Positions 56,420-64,000 of a stretch of DNA of 64,000 nucleotides are shown here, one piece after another. This DNA comes from an uncultured Prochlorococcus sp. (GTDB taxonomy: Bacteria; Cyanobacteriota; Cyanobacteriia; PCC-6307; Cyanobiaceae), in assembly GCA_902535175.1 (NCBI GenBank), contig CACASR010000004.1:5611-69610 (forward strand), given 5' to 3'. The translations under genes were made by a program, and so were the position numbers. Under the pieces are notes generated by a model. The model saw only the letters and a program-made list of their open reading frames with translations. It was not told the origin of the DNA and did no database searches. Position 1 is the stretch's first letter. Each line of letters begins with the position of its first letter.

Positions 56420-57259
56420 ATGAAAATTGGAATAGTAGGATTAGGTTTAATTGGCGGTTCTTTAGGATTAAAACTCCAAAGTCTAAATCATACAATTTAT
56501 GGAATAGCAAATAATGAATTAAATGAAAAAAAAGCTAAGGATAAAAAACTTGCAAATTTTGTTAGCTGTGATCTGAGCTTATTAAAAAAATGTGAGCTAA
56601 TAATTTTGGCATTGCCTATCAAAGATTTGATCAGTCCGTCTCAACAATTAGTAGCATCAATACCTCAGGAAGCAATACTAACTGATGTAGGCTCTGTAAA
56701 AGAACCAATTGTAAAAACATGGGAAAATTTACATCCTCTATTTATTGGATCTCATCCAATGGCAGGAACAGAAAAAAAAGGAGTTGATTCAGGTTTTGAA
56801 GGTCTTTTTAAAAATGCAAAATGGATTATTACCCCAACACAAAATAGTGATTTAAATTCAGTCAGAACTATTTCCGAGCTCATAAAATCAATGGATTGTG
56901 AAATTTGCCAAGCTTCGCCAAAAGAGCATGATGAAGCAGTATCTCTAATTTCTCATTTGCCTATATTTTTAGCTTCTGCCCTTATAGAAACTGCGCAAAC
57001 AAAAAATAATCAATCTTTATTGGATCTCACGCAAAAATTAGCAGCTACAGGATTTGCTGACACTTCTAGAGTTGGAGGAGGCAATGAACAACTAGGCTTA
57101 GATTTAGCTATTAATAATCAGATTAATGTTTTAAATTCCATAAATAATTTTAAAAAAAAGCTGAATATACTGGAATCTCTTATTAAAGAAAAAAATTGGG
57201 AGTTACTTTCTAAAAAACTTGCTGAAGCGAAAAAAAATAGAAAAAATTTTATAAACTAA
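56420..57259 (+). CDS. tyrA: Prephenate/arogenate dehydrogenase
   Basis: GLGLIGGS, TDVGSVK, HPMAG, HD-SHLP, DTSR. Confidence 0.94.
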   Translation: MKIGIVGLGLIGGSLGLKLQSLNHTIYGIANNELNEKKAKDKKLANFVSCDLSLLKKCELIILALPIKDLISPSQQLVASIPQEAILTDVGSVKEPIVKTWENLHPLFIGSHPMAGTEKKGVDSGFEGLFKNAKWIITPTQNSDLNSVRTISELIKSMDCEICQASPKEHDEAVSLISHLPIFLASALIETAQTKNNQSLLDLTQKLAATGFADTSRVGGGNEQLGLDLAINNQINVLNSINNFKKKLNILESLIKEKNWELLSKKLAEAKKNRKNFIN

Positions 57260-58754
57260 AATTCTCTAAACCTTTAGAAGCCAAAATTTGCCTTGAAACC
57301 ATTAATGCAGACTGACTAACACCTGCAGTCCCCTCCCCTGGATAAATCGAGTCTCCACACAGCCATAAACCCTCAAAAGGTGTCCTACTTGATAATCCAA
57401 ATAAACCAAAAATATCTGGATTTTGACCAAGCCCGCCTACTATTCCATTAGGTCTATTTGTCCATTTTTCAAAACCCAACGGAGTTGCTAATTCCCTATG
57501 TAGCCAATTTTCAGGATCAATATCAAATTGACTTTCCAATTCAAGCGATATTTTTTTCATGAAACCATTTTTCTTCTTTAAGTAAGTTTGTCGATCTAAA
57601 TCAAACCAATCTTTAGTTTTAGTAAAGATACTCGCTATTAAAGTAACCTCACCTTTTGGTGCTCTTCCATCACCATCATCACTAATTGATACAAATAACG
57701 AACAAAATTCTTTCGAAACAAATTGATAATGATTAGAGGATATTTTTTTAATGTGTTCTTTTTTTAAAGCTGAATAAAAAACTATAGCTCCACTTGGATC
57801 AGGCAAATTATTAAGTCGATTTTTATAATTTTTTTTTCTTTCTAAAGGATCTTTCAAATGCTTTAGCAAAGATTGTGGAGGCGCTGTATAAATCACATCT
57901 TTTGCTTGGTAAACAAAAGATTTTTTTTTCGAATTAGCAGATACTTTCCAACACATATTTACGTTGTCAAAAGTTATAGAATTAACTTCTTGCCCAAAAA
58001 TTAAATTAACTCCAGTTTTAATCAATGAACTTTCTAATGATTCACTTAAAGACTGCATAGATTTTTTAAGATGCCACAGACCATGTGGCTGTTGACACAT
58101 CTGAAGAACAGTAGATCCATATAATGCTGCGGTATTATAAACGTCCTCTTGAGAATAAAGTTTAAGTTGAAGATTTAAGAATTTAATCAAGCGTTCATTC
58201 TTAGATAATCCACATATACGTAATAAATCAAAAATAGTAGATTTAAGTAAAATACCTGTGAAAAGGTTTGAAGGGACTAGTGCTTTAAGAAGTTGAGAAA
58301 AATCCCAAAAATTACTTATTGGTAATATAGGATTATTATTAGCAAATGTCCAATTACTTTCATGTATTAGGGTACAAAGTTTCCAAAATCTTTGACTCCC
58401 TGGAAACTGCATTTCTCGTTCAGCAATCCATTTACTTTTTTCATACCAAATAGGTATAGGATTACCACCATCATTTAAATCAACAATGCAAGCAGGGTCT
58501 AAAATTGTGGCTTCTGGGGATGGAATATCTAAAAAATCAAAAATTCTAGAATGTATTCCTCCCTTCTCTAATCCCGCAACCTGAGTTGCGCCAACATCAA
58601 AAATATAATTCTTTCTTTTAAAAGTGCCTGCACATCCTCCAGCTTGAGTATGAGATTCGATTAAAGTTACTGATAAGCCTTGTTTTGATAAAATCGCTGC
58701 AGAAGTTAGTCCTGCTATACCGGCGCCTACAACAATAACTTCAGACTTTCTCAT
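57249..58754 (-). CDS. CrtD-like FAD-dependent carotenoid desaturase/isomerase family protein
   Basis: GAGIAG FAD motif, FDVGATQVAG, GDSIYPGEGTAGV. Confidence 0.8.
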   Translation of the reverse strand: MRKSEVIVVGAGIAGLTSAAILSKQGLSVTLIESHTQAGGCAGTFKRKNYIFDVGATQVAGLEKGGIHSRIFDFLDIPSPEATILDPACIVDLNDGGNPIPIWYEKSKWIAEREMQFPGSQRFWKLCTLIHESNWTFANNNPILPISNFWDFSQLLKALVPSNLFTGILLKSTIFDLLRICGLSKNERLIKFLNLQLKLYSQEDVYNTAALYGSTVLQMCQQPHGLWHLKKSMQSLSESLESSLIKTGVNLIFGQEVNSITFDNVNMCWKVSANSKKKSFVYQAKDVIYTAPPQSLLKHLKDPLERKKNYKNRLNNLPDPSGAIVFYSALKKEHIKKISSNHYQFVSKEFCSLFVSISDDGDGRAPKGEVTLIASIFTKTKDWFDLDRQTYLKKKNGFMKKISLELESQFDIDPENWLHRELATPLGFEKWTNRPNGIVGGLGQNPDIFGLFGLSSRTPFEGLWLCGDSIYPGEGTAGVSQSALMVSRQILASKGLENFSL

Positions 58755-58758
58755 TAAA

Positions 58759-59637
58759 ATGCAAAAATTATCCCCTATTGAAATTAACGAAATTTGTGAA
58801 GAATTAGGTGAAACTTATCCAAAAAGTATTGAGCAAGTACATGGGGGTGATATTCATAGTGCCTGGCGAATAGAATTCTCAAACAAAATATTATTCCTTA
58901 AAAGAAACATTAGAAACAAAAAATTTCTTGAATTTGAAAAATATTGTCTCCAAAATTTGAAAAAATATATTAATCAAGAAAATTTAGTTATTCCTGAGGT
59001 TATTGCATATAAAAATAAAAAAAATATTGAGATTCTTTTAATTGAATGGATAGATATGCATAACTTTGACCAAAAAAAACTTGGCAAAGGATTAGGTGAA
59101 TTGCATTTAAAATCAGCTGAATCTAATCCTCAAATGTTTGGGTTTCCAGTTGAGGGTTTTATAGGAACAACAGATCAGAAGAAAGGCTTAGAAGATAATT
59201 GGATAGATTGTTTTTTAAACTTAAGGATAATACCTCAACTATTAATTCTTAAATCAACGACTTTAGATAAAGAAATTATAAATAAAGTTAAAGAAAAAAT
59301 TAAATCAGAATTGCTTGATCACAAACCAATAAATGCGCTAGTTCATGGTGATTTATGGTCAGGCAATACCGGAGTAGATAAAAATGGAAAGGGGGTTATT
59401 TTCGACCCAGCATCCTGGTGGGCAGATAATGAAGTAGATATTGCTATGACAAAATTATTTGGAGGTTTTAGAAAAGAATTTTATGAAGAATATCATCGAT
59501 TTTTTCCTATAAAAAACGGATTTGAAAAAAGAATTATTATCTATAATTTTTATCACATACTGAACCATGCCAATATGTTTGGAGGTGGGTACTTTAACCA
59601 AGTTAAAGATTACGTAAAAGCAATACTAAATATGTAA
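58759..59637 (+). CDS. Fructosamine kinase family protein
   Basis: GGDIH, LVHGDLWSGN, FDPA, E-DIAM-LFGGF, YHILNH. Confidence 0.92.
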   Translation: MQKLSPIEINEICEELGETYPKSIEQVHGGDIHSAWRIEFSNKILFLKRNIRNKKFLEFEKYCLQNLKKYINQENLVIPEVIAYKNKKNIEILLIEWIDMHNFDQKKLGKGLGELHLKSAESNPQMFGFPVEGFIGTTDQKKGLEDNWIDCFLNLRIIPQLLILKSTTLDKEIINKVKEKIKSELLDHKPINALVHGDLWSGNTGVDKNGKGVIFDPASWWADNEVDIAMTKLFGGFRKEFYEEYHRFFPIKNGFEKRIIIYNFYHILNHANMFGGGYFNQVKDYVKAILNM

Positions 59638-59644
59638 TCTTTAA

Positions 59645-60010
59645 CTACCCTAAATATGTCTTTTTAAGATTTTGTACCTTATCTAGAACAGCTTCACGAT
59701 TTTCACTTGTACGAAGATTTTGCCAGCTCCATTGGCCGACAACAATTACGCCTAGTAGTTCTAGTAAACCAGGGAGAATTGGGAAAAAGTTTATCGTGTC
59801 AATGACAACTTTAATTATTATCTGAGCTATTACGACAACAGCAATGATGCCTGCCGCCTTGCCGTACTTACCCATTTGAGTCCAATCAACATTACCAAGG
59901 GTTTCATTGACTTTTCCCATAACATCAGAGTACTTCTCTGAAAAACTTTTGGTTTCTGAGCTTGTATCGGAGCCGGAGTCTTGGTTTGACTCTGGAGTGT
60001 TATCACTCAT
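59645..60010 (-). CDS. CAAD-domain (CURT1-like) membrane protein
   Basis: Acidic N-terminus, two TM helices, PILPGLLELLG. Confidence 0.82.
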   Translation of the reverse strand: MSDNTPESNQDSGSDTSSETKSFSEKYSDVMGKVNETLGNVDWTQMGKYGKAAGIIAVVVIAQIIIKVVIDTINFFPILPGLLELLGVIVVGQWSWQNLRTSENREAVLDKVQNLKKTYLG

Positions 60011-60304
60011 GAATTCAGTAAACTTAATATATGAACCAGACAGTATCGGAAAAAACGTCTGTTGACTACCTTTTAGTTATGCAAAATTCCGAACCGAAAC
60101 ATTTTGTATTTTTTTAGAGGCATTGGTATATAAGGTTTTTGAAGATATTTTAACTTAAAATTGATTTATAAAAACTTCACATTATCATCTAGTTCTAACA
60201 AAAACATTAATAAATCCCAGTAATAAGAAAAATTTAAAAGGCTAAAATTGTTATTTTAATTATTATGTTTTCATAGTTTAGCTCTCAAACATTAAGGGAT
60301 CGAA

Positions 60305-61462
60305 ATGTCCAAAGATATCAAATTTAATTTCTTAAACTCCGATGAAGAAGAAAGATATCAAAAACATTTAACCCTCAAAGAGATAGGTTATGAGGGTCAA
60401 CTATATCTAAAAAACAGCTCAGTATTATGTATTGGTGCAGGTGGGCTTGGGTCTTCCGTTTTGCTTTATTTAGCTGCAGCAGGTATTGGGAGAATTGGAA
60501 TAGTTGATAACGATCAAGTTGAAAAGTCTAATCTCCAGAGACAAATAATTCATGAAACAAATACTATCGGTAATCTTAAAATTGATTCTGCGAGGGAAAG
60601 AATTAAAAAATTCAATCCTAATTGTGAAATATTAACCTTTTCAAAGAGAATTAATCCTAAAAATGCTCTTGAATTAATAGAGGAGTTTGATGTTATTTGT
60701 GATTGCTCGGATAACTTTGGCACAAGATATTTAATAAATGATTCATGCCTGATATTAAATAAACCCCTAGTTTTTGGAAGTGTACAAGGCTTTGAAGGGC
60801 AAGTGAGTGTTTTCAATTTATATAAAAATAGTCCTAATTTAAGAGACTTACTTCCAGAATCACCTTCAAAAAATGCTGCCCCTAGTTGTACAGAACACGG
60901 GGTTGTGGGAGTTTCAACAGGTTTAATAGGAATTCTTCAGGTTAATGAAATTATTAAAATCATTTTAAAAAAAGGTGAAATTTTAGATGGGAAGATTTTA
61001 ATTTTTAATCTATTGAATATGAATATGAAAAAGTTACATCTAAAAAGTGATCATTTAAATAAACAAATAAAAAATCTGTCTCAGTTTGAGAGCTTTTATA
61101 ATAGTGATGAATATTGTGAGAAAAACGATAAAATTAACAGTATTAACGCTATTGACTTCAATAGGTTATACAAAGCAAAACCCAACAAAATTCTTTTAAT
61201 TGATGTTAGAGAAAATGAAGAATTTTCTACTTCTGCAATAGAGGGATCTATTTCAATTCCCTTAAGTCATCTGAACCAAGAATCCGACTTAAAATTTATT
61301 CACAAAGAAAGTTTAAGTAAAGAGGTTTTCACTATATGTAAATCGGGAAAACGTTCTGAAAAAGCTTCAAGAATCTTGTCTAAATTTAAAATTAATTCAA
61401 GATCTATTGAAGGCGGCATTGAAAAGGTAAAAAAATATCGTGCAATTAATTTTCAAGAATAG
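60305..61462 (+). CDS. moeB: MoeB/ThiF adenylyltransferase fused to rhodanese (MoeZ-like)
   Basis: GAGGLG, SNLQRQ, DNFGTRY, APSC, rhodanese IDVRE and CKSGKRS. Confidence 0.9.
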   Translation: MSKDIKFNFLNSDEEERYQKHLTLKEIGYEGQLYLKNSSVLCIGAGGLGSSVLLYLAAAGIGRIGIVDNDQVEKSNLQRQIIHETNTIGNLKIDSARERIKKFNPNCEILTFSKRINPKNALELIEEFDVICDCSDNFGTRYLINDSCLILNKPLVFGSVQGFEGQVSVFNLYKNSPNLRDLLPESPSKNAAPSCTEHGVVGVSTGLIGILQVNEIIKIILKKGEILDGKILIFNLLNMNMKKLHLKSDHLNKQIKNLSQFESFYNSDEYCEKNDKINSINAIDFNRLYKAKPNKILLIDVRENEEFSTSAIEGSISIPLSHLNQESDLKFIHKESLSKEVFTICKSGKRSEKASRILSKFKINSRSIEGGIEKVKKYRAINFQE

Positions 61463-62623
61463 TTAGTAATCTACACCTCTTTTCAAATCAACTCCCACAT
61501 TTGCATAATGCTTATGACAAACCATTTCAGAGTAAACGTCAGCCAGTTCAAAGTATGAAGGTTCATTTTTACACCTCCCAGTAATTACAATTTCTGTATC
61601 TGCTGGTTTTTTTAATAGCGTTTGATGTATAGATTCCACAGGTAACAATTCTAAATCAACAGTTGGATTTAATTCATCTAAAATGATTGTTTTATACAAA
61701 CCAGACAAAATAGCAGCTTTAGCAATTTCCCATGCTCTTTCAGCCTCAACATAATCAATTGGTTGTTGCTGACCTCTCCATACGATGGCATCTCTGCCTG
61801 AACGCAAATGATCTACTAAATGAGGGTAACTTTCTCTCAAAGCTTCTATGGCCGCATCTTCGGTATAACCATTTCCACCCTTTAACCACTGTAATATTAA
61901 AACTCTATGACTTTTATCTTGAGATATTCCTTTACCGATAGCTTGAAGAGCTTTACCGAGTGCACTTGTGGATTTACCCTTTCCTTCACCCGTATAAATT
62001 TCAATTCCACCACTATCACTACTTTTTCTGGTTCGTCCTAATAAGTCTCCTACTAAACGTGGTCTCATTTCAGAATGGAGTTGAGATATTCTTACCAAAG
62101 AGGGCGGGGCTGCTCTTCCAGTAATAATTATTTCTAATCCATCTGGACGATTTTGAAGAGCATCAACAACTTCATTGATATCAAGCATTCCTAAATCAAG
62201 AACTGGATTCAACTCGTCGAGTACAACTACAGAATAAAGAGAACTAGCAATTGCTCCTTTAGCGATATTCCATCCTCTTTCGGCCTCTCTAACATCAAAC
62301 TTTGTCACTTGGTCAGCAGTAAAGAATTCAGATCTTCCTGTCCTGACATGGTCAATTAAATGTGGAAAACCTCTTTGTAAAGCCTCTATAGCTGAATCCT
62401 CGTCATATGGCCTCTCAGGGCCTTTTAAAAATCTTAGAAGTAAAACTCTTGATTGTCTTTTTTCGCATATTCCTAATCCTATTGTCCTAAGAACTACTCC
62501 CAAAGCAGCCTGGCTTTTCCCCTTACCCTCTCCATCATAAATATGTAATTGACCTTTTGATCTCTCTTGACTGTCATTTGCTGTGACAATTCCAATTCCT
62601 CTATTTCTACTCGAATTCGTCAA
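61463..62623 (-). CDS. cobO: Cob(I)yrinic acid a,c-diamide adenosyltransferase, internally duplicated
   Basis: Two copies of IY.GEGKGKS...LDELN...ITGR; C-terminal RGVDY. Confidence 0.92.
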   Translation of the reverse strand: MTNSSRNRGIGIVTANDSQERSKGQLHIYDGEGKGKSQAALGVVLRTIGLGICEKRQSRVLLLRFLKGPERPYDEDSAIEALQRGFPHLIDHVRTGRSEFFTADQVTKFDVREAERGWNIAKGAIASSLYSVVVLDELNPVLDLGMLDINEVVDALQNRPDGLEIIITGRAAPPSLVRISQLHSEMRPRLVGDLLGRTRKSSDSGGIEIYTGEGKGKSTSALGKALQAIGKGISQDKSHRVLILQWLKGGNGYTEDAAIEALRESYPHLVDHLRSGRDAIVWRGQQQPIDYVEAERAWEIAKAAILSGLYKTIILDELNPTVDLELLPVESIHQTLLKKPADTEIVITGRCKNEPSYFELADVYSEMVCHKHYANVGVDLKRGVDY

Positions 62624-62710
62624 TTGAACAAAATTAGTAAATTTAATCTAAGATATAGATAAGAATATTATTAAAGATTTAATAATAAATTCAACCTATT
62701 CATAGGTAAT

Positions 62711-63556
62711 TTGAATTTTAAAGTAATTAGCATGTTCAATCAACTAGAAATTCTCTCTGATGAACAAAGTGAAAAGCTTTATACAATTAGAAGATACATA
62801 AAAACTCTTGATAGTGTTTGTATTGCTTATTCTGGGGGTGTTGACAGTACATTAGTAGCATCATTAGCATTCGAGCAATTAGGTAGCAAAGCAATTGCTA
62901 TCACTGGTATTTCTCCTGCATTAGCCAATACTCTTCGTGAAGAAGCAAGAAGGCAAGCAAAATGGATTGGAGTAAAGCATTTAGAAATTAAAACATCAGA
63001 ATTAGACCAATCAAGTTACAGTGAAAATCCTAAGGATAGGTGCTTTGCATGCAAAAAAGAGCTCCATAAACATACAACCTTCCTCTCTAAAAAACTTAAT
63101 TACAAGATTGTTTTAGATGGAGTCAATCTGGATGATCTAAAAGATTACAGACCAGGTATACAAGCCTCAAAACAAGCAGGAGTCATCTCTCCCCTTGCAA
63201 AATTTAAAGTCTCTAAACAAGACATTAGGGATATATCAAGAGCATTGGGTTTTCCTTGGTGGGATAAACCTGCTCAACCTTGCTTATCATCAAGATTTCC
63301 TTATGGCCATGAAATAACTAGTGAAAGGCTAAAAATGGTTGAGACAGCAGAAGAATATCTTAAAGAACGTGGATTATCGGAGGTTAGAGTTAGGTGCCAA
63401 GGGTCAACTGCAAGAATAGAAATTCCCCAAGATGAATTAAAGCATTTTTTTAACAACTATAATTTTAGTGAGATAGTTCAATATTTTTCTAATTTAGGAT
63501 TTAATTGCACAAGTTTAGATCTTGAGGGACTAGTAAGCGGAAAATTAAATAGGTAA
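62711..63556 (+). CDS. larE: LarE-family PP-loop sulfur transferase
   Basis: AYSGGVDS, RCFACKK, DDLKDYRPG, KPAQPCLSSRFPYG; start may be 62732. Confidence 0.85.
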   Translation: MNFKVISMFNQLEILSDEQSEKLYTIRRYIKTLDSVCIAYSGGVDSTLVASLAFEQLGSKAIAITGISPALANTLREEARRQAKWIGVKHLEIKTSELDQSSYSENPKDRCFACKKELHKHTTFLSKKLNYKIVLDGVNLDDLKDYRPGIQASKQAGVISPLAKFKVSKQDIRDISRALGFPWWDKPAQPCLSSRFPYGHEITSERLKMVETAEEYLKERGLSEVRVRCQGSTARIEIPQDELKHFFNNYNFSEIVQYFSNLGFNCTSLDLEGLVSGKLNR

Positions 63557-63562
63557 ATATTG

Positions 63563-63997
63563 TCAAAAAACGGTTCTGATCTGTTTAGAGACTTTTGAAG
63601 GTGGATTTCGCTCAATGACACGCAAAGAATGTTCTTTAGCCATCAAAGACTCAATTAAATATTGACTAGCTAGTTCAGGCATCATATTCTGACCACATGT
63701 AAAAATATCGACTGCCGAATAATTAGATTCAGGCCAAGTATGTATTGAAATATGAGATTCTGCCAGTAATGCAATTGCCGTAACCCCCTGAGGCTCAAAT
63801 TTATTACTTATCAAATTCAAAACCGTTGCATTTGCCAATTTAGCAGCTCTATTTAAAATACAGCGCAAAAAGGATTCGTCATTTAATTTTTCTCGATCAC
63901 ATTTATAAAGTTCCAACAAGAGGTGTTTACTTTGATGACTTAATTTTTGCTCATCACTTAAAGAACTTAAAATTTGACTTTTTTTGTAGATATCCAT
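63563..63997 (-). CDS. speD: S-adenosylmethionine decarboxylase proenzyme
   Basis: FEPQGVT, LAE-SHISIHTWPE self-cleavage site, DIFTCG. Confidence 0.93.
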   Translation of the reverse strand: MDIYKKSQILSSLSDEQKLSHQSKHLLLELYKCDREKLNDESFLRCILNRAAKLANATVLNLISNKFEPQGVTAIALLAESHISIHTWPESNYSAVDIFTCGQNMMPELASQYLIESLMAKEHSLRVIERNPPSKVSKQIRTVF

Positions 63998-64000
63998 TTA

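Noticed and set aside
60031-60117. 28-codon ORF MNQTVSEKTSVDYLLVMQNSEPKHFVFF in the CAAD/moeB spacer
   Set aside because: No RBS or recognisable motif; it lies over the expected promoter of the divergent CAAD gene, and this length arises by chance.
2352-61941. Many 60-140 aa ORFs antisense to, or out of frame within, core genes (e.g. 3815-4183, 9996-10274, 17196-17612, 42613-42843, 55282-55572)
   Set aside because: Shadow ORFs inside well-supported genes, with no recognisable motifs.
1-64000. CRISPR array, rRNA, prophage, intron/intein or recoding (frameshift, read-through) signals
   Set aside because: No spaced direct repeats seen; core proteins have the expected lengths and uninterrupted frames.

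Overview
Very AT-rich, gene-dense cyanobacterial chromosome segment. Gene order, protein sequences and composition point to a high-light Prochlorococcus (recognised from memory, not from a database search). It is almost entirely core genome: rne-rnhB, the str cluster (rpsL-rpsG-fusA-tuf-rpsJ), Fd-GOGAT, lipA, psaA-psaB and psaI-psaL, cbiG-cobJ, alr, prfA, the rplC...rpmE ribosomal super-operon with secY/adk/rpoA/truA, ndhN, ldpA, recA with a LexA box, tyrA, a moeZ-like gene, cobO, a larE-like gene, speD, and three tRNAs (Thr-CGT, Ser-GCT, Gln-TTG). Two short genes missed by the ORF track (psaI, rpmJ) were read by hand. I saw no CRISPR array, transposase, prophage, rRNA or genomic island. I cannot demonstrate a new biological system. 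The best leads are: (1) a serine resolvase lacking its catalytic Ser and Arg but keeping its HTH, downstream of a repeated TGTTCTA motif and an inverted repeat over a TATAAT; (2) a PsaA/PsaB pair that looks like a variant photosystem I haplotype; (3) a structured rplC leader; (4) a Zn-ligand-free L36 at the canonical locus; (5) divergent gene pairs with only 3-4 bp between start codons; (6) a DinG-like protein without ATPase motifs.
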